DNA of 64,000 nt from an uncultured bacterium (lineage in GTDB: Bacteria; Elusimicrobiota; Elusimicrobia; Elusimicrobiales; Elusimicrobiaceae): contig CASFTM010000005.1 in NCBI GenBank assembly GCA_949297775.1, positions 26,605 to 90,604 on the forward strand, read 5' to 3'. A program made the translations under genes and the position numbers. The notes beneath the pieces are model-generated. The model searched no databases, was not told where the DNA came from, and was given only the letters and a program-made list of their open reading frames with translations. Below are positions 55,355 to 64,000 of this stretch, one piece after another (within the stretch, counting starts at the first letter, position 1; each line of letters starts with the position of its first letter).

Positions 55355-56692
55355 TTACTGACCAACGTTAAACCAGCGGCCTTTGATGCGTTTGCTGCCT
55401 TTCATCAGCGGTTCATAGTTGCGGGCCAACAGATGGGCTTGTACCTGCCCCACCGTATCTAATGCCACACCGACTACGATCAACAGCGCCGTTCCGCCGA
55501 AGTAGAAGTCCACCCCAAACTCCGCACGGAAAAAGTCCGGCAATACCGCAATCAGACACACAAAAATCGCACCGCAGAACGTCAAGCGGTTCATCACCCA
55601 CTCAATGTAGTTCTTGGTCGGTTCGCCGGGGCGAATACCCGGAATAAAGCCGCCCCACTTCTTCATATTATCCGCCAAATCCGACGGGTTAATCGTCATA
55701 GAGTTGTAGAAATAGCAGAAGAAAATAATGAGCGCGGAAAAAATCGCCATATACAGCACGCTGCTGTGGCTCATCGCCTCCAGCATTTTCTGCGCCCAAG
55801 GGGCTTCCTGGTTAAAGCTGGCAATCGTCAGCGGCAGGGAGATAACGGACGAGGCAAAGATTACCGCAATTACGCCGCTCTGATCTATTTTAAGCGGCAA
55901 ATAGCTGGTCTGCCCGCCATAGGTTTTGTTCCCTACCTGGCGTTTGGCGTATTGAACCGGAATTTGGCGTTGGGCCGTTTCCAGCCACACCACCAGCGCG
56001 GTAATCACTACAGCCGCCGCAAAAATAACCAAAGCCATAAAGAAATCCATTTCTTCGGTTTTTACGCGGTTGACTACTTCCATAATCGCGCCCGGCAAGC
56101 GGTCCACGATCCCGGCAAAGATGATGAGCGAAATACCGTTGCCCACCCCTTTTTCCGTAATCTGTTCGCCCAGCCACATCACAAACATCGTACCGGCCGC
56201 CAAGGTCAATACGGTGGTGATGAAAAACATAAAAGACGGATTAACTACCGCAGATACGCCGCCCGCGCCTTCCACTTTCGTGATGGCGAACGTCATCATC
56301 GCGCCCTGCAGCAACGCTAAAAACAGTGCAAAAATACGGGTAATCTGGTTTTCTTTTCTTCTGCCGGATTCGCCCTCTTTGTGCATTCTGTCCAGCGCAG
56401 GGAAAATATGCGCCCCGCGCACGAGGCCCATAATGATGGACGCGTTGATGTACGGCATAATACCCAGCGCCAAAATGGAGAACTTGCCCAACGCCCCGCC
56501 CGAAAAGATATTCATAAAGCCTAAAATACCGTTTTGGTGCGCGGCAAAAAGTTGTTTCAAGACGTCCGTGTTAATGCCGGGTATTGGGATTGCGGCCGCA
56601 ATCCGGAAAACAGCCAACGCCCCGATCAAGAAGAGAAGTCTCTTCTTGAGTTCGGGGGCGTTAAAGATATTTGCAACTGTGTTGTTAGCCAT
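55355..56692 (-). CDS. secY: Preprotein translocase SecY
   Basis: LGIMPYINASI, GNGISLII, FIPGIRPG, GGTALLI. Confidence 0.98.
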   Translation of the reverse strand: MANNTVANIFNAPELKKRLLFLIGALAVFRIAAAIPIPGINTDVLKQLFAAHQNGILGFMNIFSGGALGKFSILALGIMPYINASIIMGLVRGAHIFPALDRMHKEGESGRRKENQITRIFALFLALLQGAMMTFAITKVEGAGGVSAVVNPSFMFFITTVLTLAAGTMFVMWLGEQITEKGVGNGISLIIFAGIVDRLPGAIMEVVNRVKTEEMDFFMALVIFAAAVVITALVVWLETAQRQIPVQYAKRQVGNKTYGGQTSYLPLKIDQSGVIAVIFASSVISLPLTIASFNQEAPWAQKMLEAMSHSSVLYMAIFSALIIFFCYFYNSMTINPSDLADNMKKWGGFIPGIRPGEPTKNYIEWVMNRLTFCGAIFVCLIAVLPDFFRAEFGVDFYFGGTALLIVVGVALDTVGQVQAHLLARNYEPLMKGSKRIKGRWFNVGQ

Positions 56693-57153
56693 TATTTGGT
56701 CTTCTGTTCAAGCACGGTCACAGTGCCGCCGGCTTTTTCAATCGCCGCTTTTGCAGTGGCGGAAAAACCATGTGCAGACACTTTCAAAGCCTTGGTCAAA
56801 GACCCATTCGCCAACACTTTCACGCGCGAAGCGTCGTGAATAATGCCGGCTTTTTTCAAGGCTTCCGGGGTGACTTCCGCACCCGCCGCAAACGCTTTTT
56901 CCAACGAGCCGACGTTTACATAATCGTAGCGTCTGGCAAAATCTTTATTGGAAAAACCGCTTTTCGGCGTGTGGCGGATAAGAGGCATCTGACCGCCTTC
57001 TTTGCTTTCTTTGCGGGTGTTGCCGGAGCGGGAGGTTTGGCCTTTCATACCTTTGGTGCAGTAGTTGCCCAAACCAGAACCCGGGCCCAAGCCCAAGCGT
57101 CTTTTTTCTTTTCTGGAACCATGTTTAGGGAAAAGTTTATTTAAAGTTACCAT
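56692..57153 (-). CDS. rplO: 50S ribosomal protein L15
   Basis: GPGSGLG, EGGQMPL, KAAIEKAGG. Confidence 0.97.
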   Translation of the reverse strand: MVTLNKLFPKHGSRKEKRRLGLGPGSGLGNYCTKGMKGQTSRSGNTRKESKEGGQMPLIRHTPKSGFSNKDFARRYDYVNVGSLEKAFAAGAEVTPEALKKAGIIHDASRVKVLANGSLTKALKVSAHGFSATAKAAIEKAGGTVTVLEQKTK

Positions 57154-57171
57154 TTTATTCTCTCCACAAAA

Positions 57172-57774
57172 CTATTCGGCCTTGGCGGCGTCGTTGGTTT
57201 CTTCCGCTTTCGGGGCTTCAGCGGCCGGCTTTTCGGCCTTGCCGCGCAACACGTTTACCGCTTCTTTGCTCTTCAATTGTTTGAAGGCTTCCATCGTGGC
57301 GTACACGAGGTTGCACGGGTTGGAGCTGCCCAGGCTTTTGGCCAAGACGTCTTTAATACCGGCGGCTTCAAACAATAAGCGCGCACCGCTGCCGGCGATT
57401 ACACCGGTACCGGGGGCGGCGGGCTTCATCCACACGGAAGCGGCACCAAATTTGCCGATAACTTCGTGCGGAATCGTTTCACCCACGATGGGGAACGTGA
57501 TCATATGTTTTCTCGCGTGGGATTCGGCCTTGGCGATTGCCAGCTGAACCTGATTCGCCTTGCCAATAGCAACGCCCACTTTGCCCTGGCCGTTTCCGAC
57601 CACTACCAGCGCGCGGAAGCCAAAGCGTTTACCGCCTTTGACTACCTTGGCCGTTCTGGCTACGTGGATGACCGTCGTCTTGCCTTCGGCGAGCGGTCTT
57701 GCTTTTTGAAACTCGGCTCTTTTGCCTTTCGCTTCTTTTCTGTTGTCGCTTTTCACTAGCGTTTCATTGGACAT
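57172..57774 (-). CDS. rpsE: 30S ribosomal protein S5
   Basis: [17 protein letters not shown]. Confidence 0.97.
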   Translation of the reverse strand: MSNETLVKSDNRKEAKGKRAEFQKARPLAEGKTTVIHVARTAKVVKGGKRFGFRALVVVGNGQGKVGVAIGKANQVQLAIAKAESHARKHMITFPIVGETIPHEVIGKFGAASVWMKPAAPGTGVIAGSGARLLFEAAGIKDVLAKSLGSSNPCNLVYATMEAFKQLKSKEAVNVLRGKAEKPAAEAPKAEETNDAAKAE

Positions 57775-57790
57775 TAAATTCACCTAAACC

Positions 57791-58156
57791 TTAGAATTTC
57801 AATCCTGCTTCTCTGGCGGAATCCGCAAGCGCTTTGATTCTGCCGTGGTACACGCGCCCGCCGCGGTCAAACATCACTTCGCTGATGCCTTTTTCCAACG
57901 CTTTTTTGGCGATGGCGGCACCCAACGCTTTGGCGGCTTCTACGCTTTTGGCGGAGGTGTCAAACTTGCCTTCAAATTCTTTGGACAACGTCGTAGCAGA
58001 CACCAAGGTGCTGTGGGTGTTGTCGTCAATGATTTGGGCGTAAATGTATTTCAAGCTTCTGTATACGGAAAGGCGCGGGCGGTGGGCACCGTTTTTCAAA
58101 AGATGCCCGCGGCTGCGGTCCTTTCTGAACTGATATCTTTCTTGTTTAGTGGCCAT
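57791..58156 (-). CDS. rplR: 50S ribosomal protein L18
   Basis: [21 protein letters not shown]. Confidence 0.97.
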   Translation of the reverse strand: MATKQERYQFRKDRSRGHLLKNGAHRPRLSVYRSLKYIYAQIIDDNTHSTLVSATTLSKEFEGKFDTSAKSVEAAKALGAAIAKKALEKGISEVMFDRGGRVYHGRIKALADSAREAGLKF

Positions 58157-58158
58157 AA

Positions 58159-58710
58159 TTATTTGCCTCCCGCCGCAGTCTTACCGGCTTTGCGGGCAAT
58201 GTGTTCGCCCTGGTATTTAATACCGCTGCCTTTATAGGGCTCCGGAGGTCTGATTCTTCTGATCTTGGCCGCGAAATCGCCTACTTTAAACTTGTCGCTG
58301 CCTTTAATCGTCACCGCGCCGGATTTCGGATCCACCACGACCGTAAGGCCCGCGGGGATATCCAAATTGACGGGGTGAGAGAAGCCCAATTCCAAATTGA
58401 GTTTTTGCCCGGCTACGCTCGCGCGGTACCCCAGCCCGTTGATTTCCAACGTTTTGGAGAAGCCGTTCGTTACGCCTTCAATGATGTTGAATACGTTCGC
58501 GCGGGTAGTGCCGTGCAGGGCATTGAGTTCTTTCACGCGGTTTTCCGGAATGGAAAACGTCAATACGGCGCCTTCCAATTTCGGCGTGATGCCTTCCGGA
58601 ATGGTGTAAGACAAGGTGCCCAGAGCGCCAGTGGCGGTCAGCACGCTGTCTTTAATTTCCACTTTCGTCTTGGCGGGAATATTGATTATTTTTTTACCGA
58701 TTCTGCTCAT
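58159..58710 (-). CDS. rplF: 50S ribosomal protein L6
   Basis: [19 protein letters not shown]. Confidence 0.98.
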   Translation of the reverse strand: MSRIGKKIINIPAKTKVEIKDSVLTATGALGTLSYTIPEGITPKLEGAVLTFSIPENRVKELNALHGTTRANVFNIIEGVTNGFSKTLEINGLGYRASVAGQKLNLELGFSHPVNLDIPAGLTVVVDPKSGAVTIKGSDKFKVGDFAAKIRRIRPPEPYKGSGIKYQGEHIARKAGKTAAGGK

Positions 58711-58719
58711 ATTCCCCCC

Positions 58720-59112
58720 TTACCAGACCTGGCACAACAGCTCGCCGCCGATTTTTTCGGCTTTGGCCTGCGCATCGGTCATCAAACCTTTAGAAGTGGA
58801 AAGAATGGAAATACCGAACGCACCGCGCACTTTCGGAATGTTGTTGTACGCGCTGTACACGCGGGAACCCGGTTTGGAAATTCTCTTCAAACCTTGGATG
58901 ACGCATTCGTTGTCGGGCGTGTATTTCAAAAATACTCTTACCACGCCGCCCTTCGTTTCGTTGTGGACGGCTTTGAAATTGGCGATATAGCCTTCTTCTT
59001 TCAGGATGCGCGCAATTTCAGTTTTGATTTTAGAAAAAGGGATATCCACTTTTTCTTTCTTTTTCATATTGGCGTTTCTTATTCTAGTTAAGAAATCTGC
59101 GATTGGATCCAT
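58720..59112 (-). CDS. rpsH: 30S ribosomal protein S8
   Basis: [26 protein letters not shown]. Confidence 0.98.
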   Translation of the reverse strand: MDPIADFLTRIRNANMKKKEKVDIPFSKIKTEIARILKEEGYIANFKAVHNETKGGVVRVFLKYTPDNECVIQGLKRISKPGSRVYSAYNNIPKVRGAFGISILSTSKGLMTDAQAKAEKIGGELLCQVW

Positions 59113-59183
59113 ATTCTAGGTTATCGTCCCAAGCCACTTTCCGTTTGTCGGAGTTGGCCCGAAAGCGATACCTCCTCCTGTAA

Positions 59184-59369
59184 TTACCAGCTCGATTTTC
59201 TCAGACCCGGGATAAGACCCTGGTGTGCCATTTTTCTCAGGCAGATACGGCAAAGGCCGAAGTCGCGGTAGTAACCTCTCGCGCGTCCGCAGATTTGGCA
59301 TCTGTTGTGGTAGCGCACGGCGAACTTTTGGTCTTTAGCCATTTTTGCAACCCATGCTTTAGTAGCCAT
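59184..59369 (-). CDS. rpsN: 30S ribosomal protein S14 (Zn-binding type Z)
   Basis: RCQICGR...LCRICLR, 61 aa. Confidence 0.97.
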   Translation of the reverse strand: MATKAWVAKMAKDQKFAVRYHNRCQICGRARGYYRDFGLCRICLRKMAHQGLIPGLRKSSW

Positions 59370-59387
59370 AAAGTTTTCTTGCTCCTA

Positions 59388-59981
59388 TTATTTAGCCGAT
59401 TTGCGGAAAGGCATACCCATATAATCCATGAGCAGGCGGCCGCTTTCATCGTTCTTGGCCGTGGTTACAAACGTAATGTTCATACCGTGGGCTTTGGGTG
59501 ATTTTTCAACATCAATTTCCGGAAAAATATAATGTTCTTTAATACCCAGGTTCAAATTGCCTTTTCCGTCAAAGCTCGGGTTAAAACCCTGGAAGTCGCG
59601 GATGCGGGGGCAGGCGATGCAGATGAAGCGTTCCATAAACTCATACATCTTCGCGCCGCGCAGCGTCACACGCACACCAATGGGCATACCTTCTCTGAGT
59701 TTGAAGTTGGAAATGGACTTTTTGGCCCGTCTTACTTGGGCGGCTTGTCCGGCGATGGCGGTCAAATCTTCTTTGGCGATTTCCATCGCTTTAATGTCTT
59801 CGCGGGCTTCTTTCACACCGATGTTGATGACGATTTTCGTCAATTTCGGCGCGGCCATCGGGCTCTTTACGCCCATTTCTTTGAGCAAGGCCGGAAGCAC
59901 TTTTTCTTTGTAAAGCACCTGGAGTCTGGGCTGATAGCCTTCCGGCGCTTTCGTCACGTTTTTGGTTTCTTTCTTAGTCAT
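59388..59981 (-). CDS. rplE: 50S ribosomal protein L5
   Basis: KIVINIG, FKLREGMPIG, PRIRDFQG. Confidence 0.98.
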   Translation of the reverse strand: MTKKETKNVTKAPEGYQPRLQVLYKEKVLPALLKEMGVKSPMAAPKLTKIVINIGVKEAREDIKAMEIAKEDLTAIAGQAAQVRRAKKSISNFKLREGMPIGVRVTLRGAKMYEFMERFICIACPRIRDFQGFNPSFDGKGNLNLGIKEHYIFPEIDVEKSPKAHGMNITFVTTAKNDESGRLLMDYMGMPFRKSAK

Positions 59982-59998
59982 TTTAATTCGTACCTAGA

Positions 59999-60307
59999 TT
60001 AAATGATCGGCTCGTTGCATTTGCGGCAGACGCGCACTTTCTTGCCGTCGGCCGAAACTTGCACTTTGGGCGTCATCGCTTTTTTGCATTTGCTGCATAC
60101 TACCGCCACGTTGGAAGCATCCATCGCAGCTTCTACCTGCACAATGCCGCCTTGCTTGTTTTGGGAAGGTTTCACGTGTTTGGAAACCATATTCACACCC
60201 GCCACTACTACTTTGTTTTTGGCCAGGTTGACCGATTTCACTTCGCCCTTCTTGCCTTTATCTTTACCAGCTAACACCAGAACGGTATCTTTCGTCTTGA
60301 TAATCAT
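59999..60307 (-). CDS. rplX: 50S ribosomal protein L24
   Basis: AGKDKGKKG KOW motif, SNVAV. Confidence 0.97.
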   Translation of the reverse strand: MIIKTKDTVLVLAGKDKGKKGEVKSVNLAKNKVVVAGVNMVSKHVKPSQNKQGGIVQVEAAMDASNVAVVCSKCKKAMTPKVQVSADGKKVRVCRKCNEPII

Positions 60308-60310
60308 ACT

Positions 60311-60679
60311 CTATACCACCTCAGGCGCCAGGGAAATGATTTTCAAAAAGTTCTTTTCTCTGAGTTCTCTGGCAATCGGCCCGAACACGCGGGTGCCTTT
60401 GGGTTCCCCGTTATCGTTGATGATGCAGACAGCGTTGTCATCAAAGCGGATATAGGAACCGTCTTTTCTTCTTTTTTCGCGGGCCACGCGGACAACTACC
60501 GCGCGGACTACGTCGCCTTTCTTAATGGCGGAGGTAGGGATCGCATCTCTGACGGAGCACATCACGACATCTCCCAAAGTTGCGATATCCCGGTGGTGGC
60601 CGCCGCGCACTTTAAAGCATTGCACTTTACGGGCGCCGGAATTGTCGGCCACATTGACTATGCTTCTTAATTGAATCAT
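60311..60679 (-). CDS. rplN: 50S ribosomal protein L14
   Basis: VADNSGA, FDDNA, RVFGP. Confidence 0.98.
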   Translation of the reverse strand: MIQLRSIVNVADNSGARKVQCFKVRGGHHRDIATLGDVVMCSVRDAIPTSAIKKGDVVRAVVVRVAREKRRKDGSYIRFDDNAVCIINDNGEPKGTRVFGPIARELREKNFLKIISLAPEVV

Positions 60680-60706
60680 ACTTTAATAACTCCGTAGTTT
60701 TAAAAA

Positions 60707-60976
60707 CTAAGCTCTGGCTTTTTCCACAATTTTGGAAATGCGCCATTTCGTCGTTTTGGAAACCGGGCGGGTGCTCATAATTTCCACTTTATCGCCGATT
60801 TTGCTTTCGTTGGCCTCGTCGTGCGCGTGGAATTTGGCCGCTCTTTTGAGCGTTTTGCCGTAGCGGGCATCATGCACCAGGCGTTCCACCGTCACGGTGC
60901 GAGTTTTGTCCATTTTGTCGGACACCACTACACCGGTGAGGACCTTTCTTTTAGCACGGGATTCTTGATTTTCCAT
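60707..60976 (-). CDS. rpsQ: 30S ribosomal protein S17
   Basis: GVVVSDKMDKT, TRPVSKT. Confidence 0.97.
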   Translation of the reverse strand: MENQESRAKRKVLTGVVVSDKMDKTRTVTVERLVHDARYGKTLKRAAKFHAHDEANESKIGDKVEIMSTRPVSKTTKWRISKIVEKARA

Positions 60977-60987
60977 GGTTCAAACCT

Positions 60988-61194
60988 CTATTTCTGCTCT
61001 TTCTTCTGATTGATCAGCGTTTGCAAAAGAGCAATCTCACGTCTTACAGCTCTGATTTCCATCGGGTTGGCGATGGGAGTGGTGGTGCTGTGTTTGAAAA
61101 GAAGATTGAACTTCTTTTCCTGGGCTTTGCCGAGCGCTTCGTTCAGTTCGGCCAACGTTTTGTTTTTCAAAGCTTCTTTTTCGTTCGTTTTCAT
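60988..61194 (-). CDS. rpmC: 50S ribosomal protein L29
   Basis: Size, helical pattern, position between rplP and rpsQ. Confidence 0.92.
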   Translation of the reverse strand: MKTNEKEALKNKTLAELNEALGKAQEKKFNLLFKHSTTTPIANPMEIRAVRREIALLQTLINQKKEQK

Positions 61195-61197
61195 AAA

Positions 61198-61608
61198 CTA
61201 CCTTCTGGTTACCAGTTTTGTCTTAATCGGCAGTTTGTCGGAAGCCAAACGCATAGCTCTTTTAGTGTCTTCCACAGAAGCGCCTTCCAGTTCAAACAAA
61301 ATTCTGCCGGGCTTCACGACCGCGGCCCAGTATTCGGGCGCGCCTTTACCTTTACCCATACGGGTTTCGGCGGGGTGTTTCGTGATCGCTTTATCCGGGA
61401 AAATGCGGATCCAAAGTTTACCTTTCTTTTTAATAAAGCGGGACAAGGTAATACGGGCAGCTTCAATCTGCCGGGCGGTAATCCATTTGGGTTCCAACGC
61501 TTTCAACCCAAATTCGCCAAATACCACTTCCGTGCCGCGTTTGGCATTGCCTTTAATGCGGGGCGCGCTGAAGGGTTTGCGATATTTAACTCTCTTAGGC
61601 ATCAACAT
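61198..61608 (-). CDS. rplP: 50S ribosomal protein L16
   Basis: [18 protein letters not shown]. Confidence 0.98.
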   Translation of the reverse strand: MLMPKRVKYRKPFSAPRIKGNAKRGTEVVFGEFGLKALEPKWITARQIEAARITLSRFIKKKGKLWIRIFPDKAITKHPAETRMGKGKGAPEYWAAVVKPGRILFELEGASVEDTKRAMRLASDKLPIKTKLVTRR

Positions 61609-61621
61609 ATGTCAAAGTCCT

Positions 61622-62356
61622 CTATTTGGTTTCTTCGGCCGCGGCGGCAACGGGTTCCGTTACCACGGAGGCGGAAGCGTTTTCCATGTCGCGATGTTTC
61701 TTGAGTTCATTCATAATCTCTTTCGGAGATTTGGCGAAATGGGTTCTCTTGAAAATCCAGACTTTAATGCCGATTTTACCGCTGATGGTATTGGCTTCGG
61801 TAAAGCCATAGTCAATATCGGCGCACAAGGTATGCAGCGGAACGCGTCCTTCGCGTTTCCATTCGGTGCGGGCGATTTCCGCCCCGCCGAGTCTGCCGGA
61901 CACCATGATTTTAATACCCAGCGCTTTGCCGGACAAGGCCTTTTCAATCGCTTTCTTGATAGCGGCACCGTAGTGGGCGCGTTTTTCAAGCTGCATGGCG
62001 ATATTCTGGGCAACCAGCTGAGCGTCCGTTTCCGGATTTTTAATTTCAATCACGTTCACAAACGTTTTGCTGCCGGTCATCGCTTCCAATTCTTTGCGAA
62101 GCGCTTCAATATCGGCGCCTTTTTTGCCGATTACCACGCCCGGGCGGGCCGTGTGGATGTTTACGCGCAAGAACGCACCGGCTCTTTCAATGCCGACGTA
62201 GCTGACAGCCGCCATTTTGAATTTGTCGTCAATAAGTTTGCGGATCTGGAAATCTTCCATGATCAGCGCGGGCATATTCTTAGGCGCGAACCATTTGGAG
62301 CGCCAATCCTGAATATAACCCAATCTGATTGACCGGGGATGAATCTTGTGTCCCAT
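61622..62356 (-). CDS. rpsC: 30S ribosomal protein S3
   Basis: MGHKIHP, RPGVVIGKKG, GRLGGAEIAR. Confidence 0.98.
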   Translation of the reverse strand: MGHKIHPRSIRLGYIQDWRSKWFAPKNMPALIMEDFQIRKLIDDKFKMAAVSYVGIERAGAFLRVNIHTARPGVVIGKKGADIEALRKELEAMTGSKTFVNVIEIKNPETDAQLVAQNIAMQLEKRAHYGAAIKKAIEKALSGKALGIKIMVSGRLGGAEIARTEWKREGRVPLHTLCADIDYGFTEANTISGKIGIKVWIFKRTHFAKSPKEIMNELKKHRDMENASASVVTEPVAAAAEETK

Positions 62357-62359
62357 AAA

Positions 62360-62719
62360 TTAGCGACCTCCCTTTTTTTCGTCGGTGACGATAACAGTCA
62401 AATGACACATACTTTTCTTGTAAGGCATCGCGCGGCCTTGCGGACCGGGCTGCACTCTTTTCAAGTGGCCGCTGGGGCCGAGATTCGCAAACGCTTCTTT
62501 AATGAAGACTTTGCTGAAGTCCAGCTTTTTACCGGCTTTCACTTCCAAGTTGGCAGCGGCGCTGTGTAAGGTTTTGGCTACCAAATCCGAGGTGCGTTTG
62601 GCTACGAAAGGAAGTACTTCTTCCGCCGCCTTGACGTTTTTACCGCGGATTTGATCCAACACCAGGTTTACCTTGCGGCTACCAAACCGTTGAAATTTAG
62701 CTTTTGCACAAGCTTCCAT
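62360..62719 (-). CDS. rplV: 50S ribosomal protein L22
   Basis: [22 protein letters not shown]. Confidence 0.96.
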   Translation of the reverse strand: MEACAKAKFQRFGSRKVNLVLDQIRGKNVKAAEEVLPFVAKRTSDLVAKTLHSAAANLEVKAGKKLDFSKVFIKEAFANLGPSGHLKRVQPGPQGRAMPYKKSMCHLTVIVTDEKKGGR

Positions 62720-62735
62720 ATCAAATCCTCAACTC

Positions 62736-63020
62736 TTATTTCAGGGCGGTGGAATCTTTCGTCATACCACCGTGACCTTTGAACAAACGGGTGAACGAAA
62801 ATTCACCGAGCTTGTATCCTACCATTCTTTCGGAAACGTAAATGGGAAGAAATTTTCTGCCATTGTGCACTAAAAATGTGTGTCCCACAAATTCAGGCAC
62901 GATGGTGCAGGCTCTTGCCCACGTCTTGATAGGTTTCTTTTCGTTGGAAGCGTTCATCGCTTGAACTTTTTCCAACAGGTTTAAATCCACAAACGGACCT
63001 TTCTTAGTTGATCTTCCCAT
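62736..63020 (-). CDS. rpsS: 30S ribosomal protein S19
   Basis: [19 protein letters not shown]. Confidence 0.98.
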   Translation of the reverse strand: MGRSTKKGPFVDLNLLEKVQAMNASNEKKPIKTWARACTIVPEFVGHTFLVHNGRKFLPIYVSERMVGYKLGEFSFTRLFKGHGGMTKDSTALK

Positions 63021-63022
63021 AA

Positions 63023-63862
63023 TTACTTAACCTTGTTTTTTCTTCTGTCGCTGACAATCATCCAACCGAACGCTTTCTTGGTGGAGCGCGTCTTCAGACC
63101 GCGGGTCTGCTGGTTCCAGGGAGAGCGCGGAATGTTGCCGCCTTTACCGTGCCCGCGGCCACCGCCCATCGGGTGGTCTACCGCGTTCATGGCGCTACCG
63201 CGGACGGTAGGTCTTTCACCGCGGTGTCTGTTTCTGCCGGCGTTACCAATCACAATGTTGCCGTGATCAATATTGCCCACCTGGCCGATCGTCGCGCAGC
63301 AAGCGCTGGGTACCAGGCGGATTTCGCCGGACGGCATTTTGATATGGGCGTAGTCCGATTCTTTGGCCATAAGCTGGGCTTGGCTGCCGGCGCTGCGCGC
63401 CAACTGCGCACCTTTGCCGACTTTCAGCTCAATCGCGTGGATAAAAGTACCTTCAGGGATATATTTTAAAGCAAGGCAGTTACCCACTTTAATATCTGCG
63501 GCCGGGCCGGACATCAATACGTCGCCCACCTTTACGCCGAGCGGATGGAGAATGTATCTCTTTTCGCCGTCAGCATAATTTAAGAGGCAAATGCGGGCGC
63601 TTCTGTTCGGGTCGTATTCAATAGAAACGACTTTCGCCGGAATGCCGTATTTTTCTCTCTTAAAATCAATTTGTCTGTAAGCACGTCTGTGGCCGCCGCC
63701 AATGTGGCGGACCATAATCATACCGGTGTTGTTTCTGCCGCCGGTTTTGCGCAGACCTTTAGTTAAGCTCTTCTCCGGAGTGGTTTTGGTAATGTCGGAA
63801 TAATCCGAAACCGTAATCGTTCTGCGGGAAGGGGTGTAAGGTCTAAATGACTTGATAGGCAT
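63023..63862 (-). CDS. rplB: 50S ribosomal protein L2
   Basis: [25 protein letters not shown]. Confidence 0.98.
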   Translation of the reverse strand: MPIKSFRPYTPSRRTITVSDYSDITKTTPEKSLTKGLRKTGGRNNTGMIMVRHIGGGHRRAYRQIDFKREKYGIPAKVVSIEYDPNRSARICLLNYADGEKRYILHPLGVKVGDVLMSGPAADIKVGNCLALKYIPEGTFIHAIELKVGKGAQLARSAGSQAQLMAKESDYAHIKMPSGEIRLVPSACCATIGQVGNIDHGNIVIGNAGRNRHRGERPTVRGSAMNAVDHPMGGGRGHGKGGNIPRSPWNQQTRGLKTRSTKKAFGWMIVSDRRKNKVK

Positions 63863-63884
63863 AGTTAGTAGTTTCTCCTTTCAG

Positions 63885-64000
63885 CTACTTTGAAGTGGCT
63901 TCCACCATTTCAATTTTATCGCCTTCTTTCAAGGTTACAAAAGCCTTTTTATAGTCGGGTCTTTTGCCCTCAAAGCGACCCATACGGCGGGTCTTGCCCG
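63885..64000 (-). CDS. rplW: 50S ribosomal protein L23 (3' part, cut by window edge)
   Basis: Hand translation [26 protein letters not shown]. Confidence 0.93.
   Translation of the reverse strand, partial: GKTRRMGRFEGKRPDYKKAFVTLKEGDKIEMVEATSK

Noticed and set aside
61010-62332. Long antisense ORFs (for example 61010-62332, 58201-59091, 56070-56843, 14868-15911, 42805-43560)
   Set aside because: They lie opposite well-supported conserved genes in GC-rich DNA and show no motifs; shadow ORFs.

Overview
Chromosomal window from an anaerobic bacterium, probably Elusimicrobiota (inferred from the expanded PilE-like gene family, not from a search). It is mostly housekeeping: gatCA, pcrA, rlmD, ychF, glgP, a 2-oxoacid:ferredoxin oxidoreductase operon, glycine cleavage genes, the mreBCD-mrdA-rodA-RNase E/G-amidase cluster, the S10/spc/alpha ribosomal operons, tRNA-Glu and tRNA-Phe. 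Six intact type IV pilin-like genes and one decayed pilin locus are scattered through the first 41 kb. The main unexplained signal is at four of the intact pilins and the decayed locus. Each carries a 16-bp perfect inverted repeat (TTTTTGATAAATTTTG-N8-CAAAATTTATCAAAAA) centred on the start codon, and a homopolymer of exactly T12 between a putative -35 and -10. Most also carry upstream mosaics of shuffled hairpin modules with compensatory changes. At the decayed locus the 8-bp spacer containing the ATG is flipped and the tract is 6 nt long. Together these suggest an undescribed pilin phase or antigenic variation system. A sixth pilin lies divergent from an orphan restriction-modification-type controller (C) gene with an intact C-box. 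No recombinase, transposase, cas gene or CRISPR array is visible in the window.
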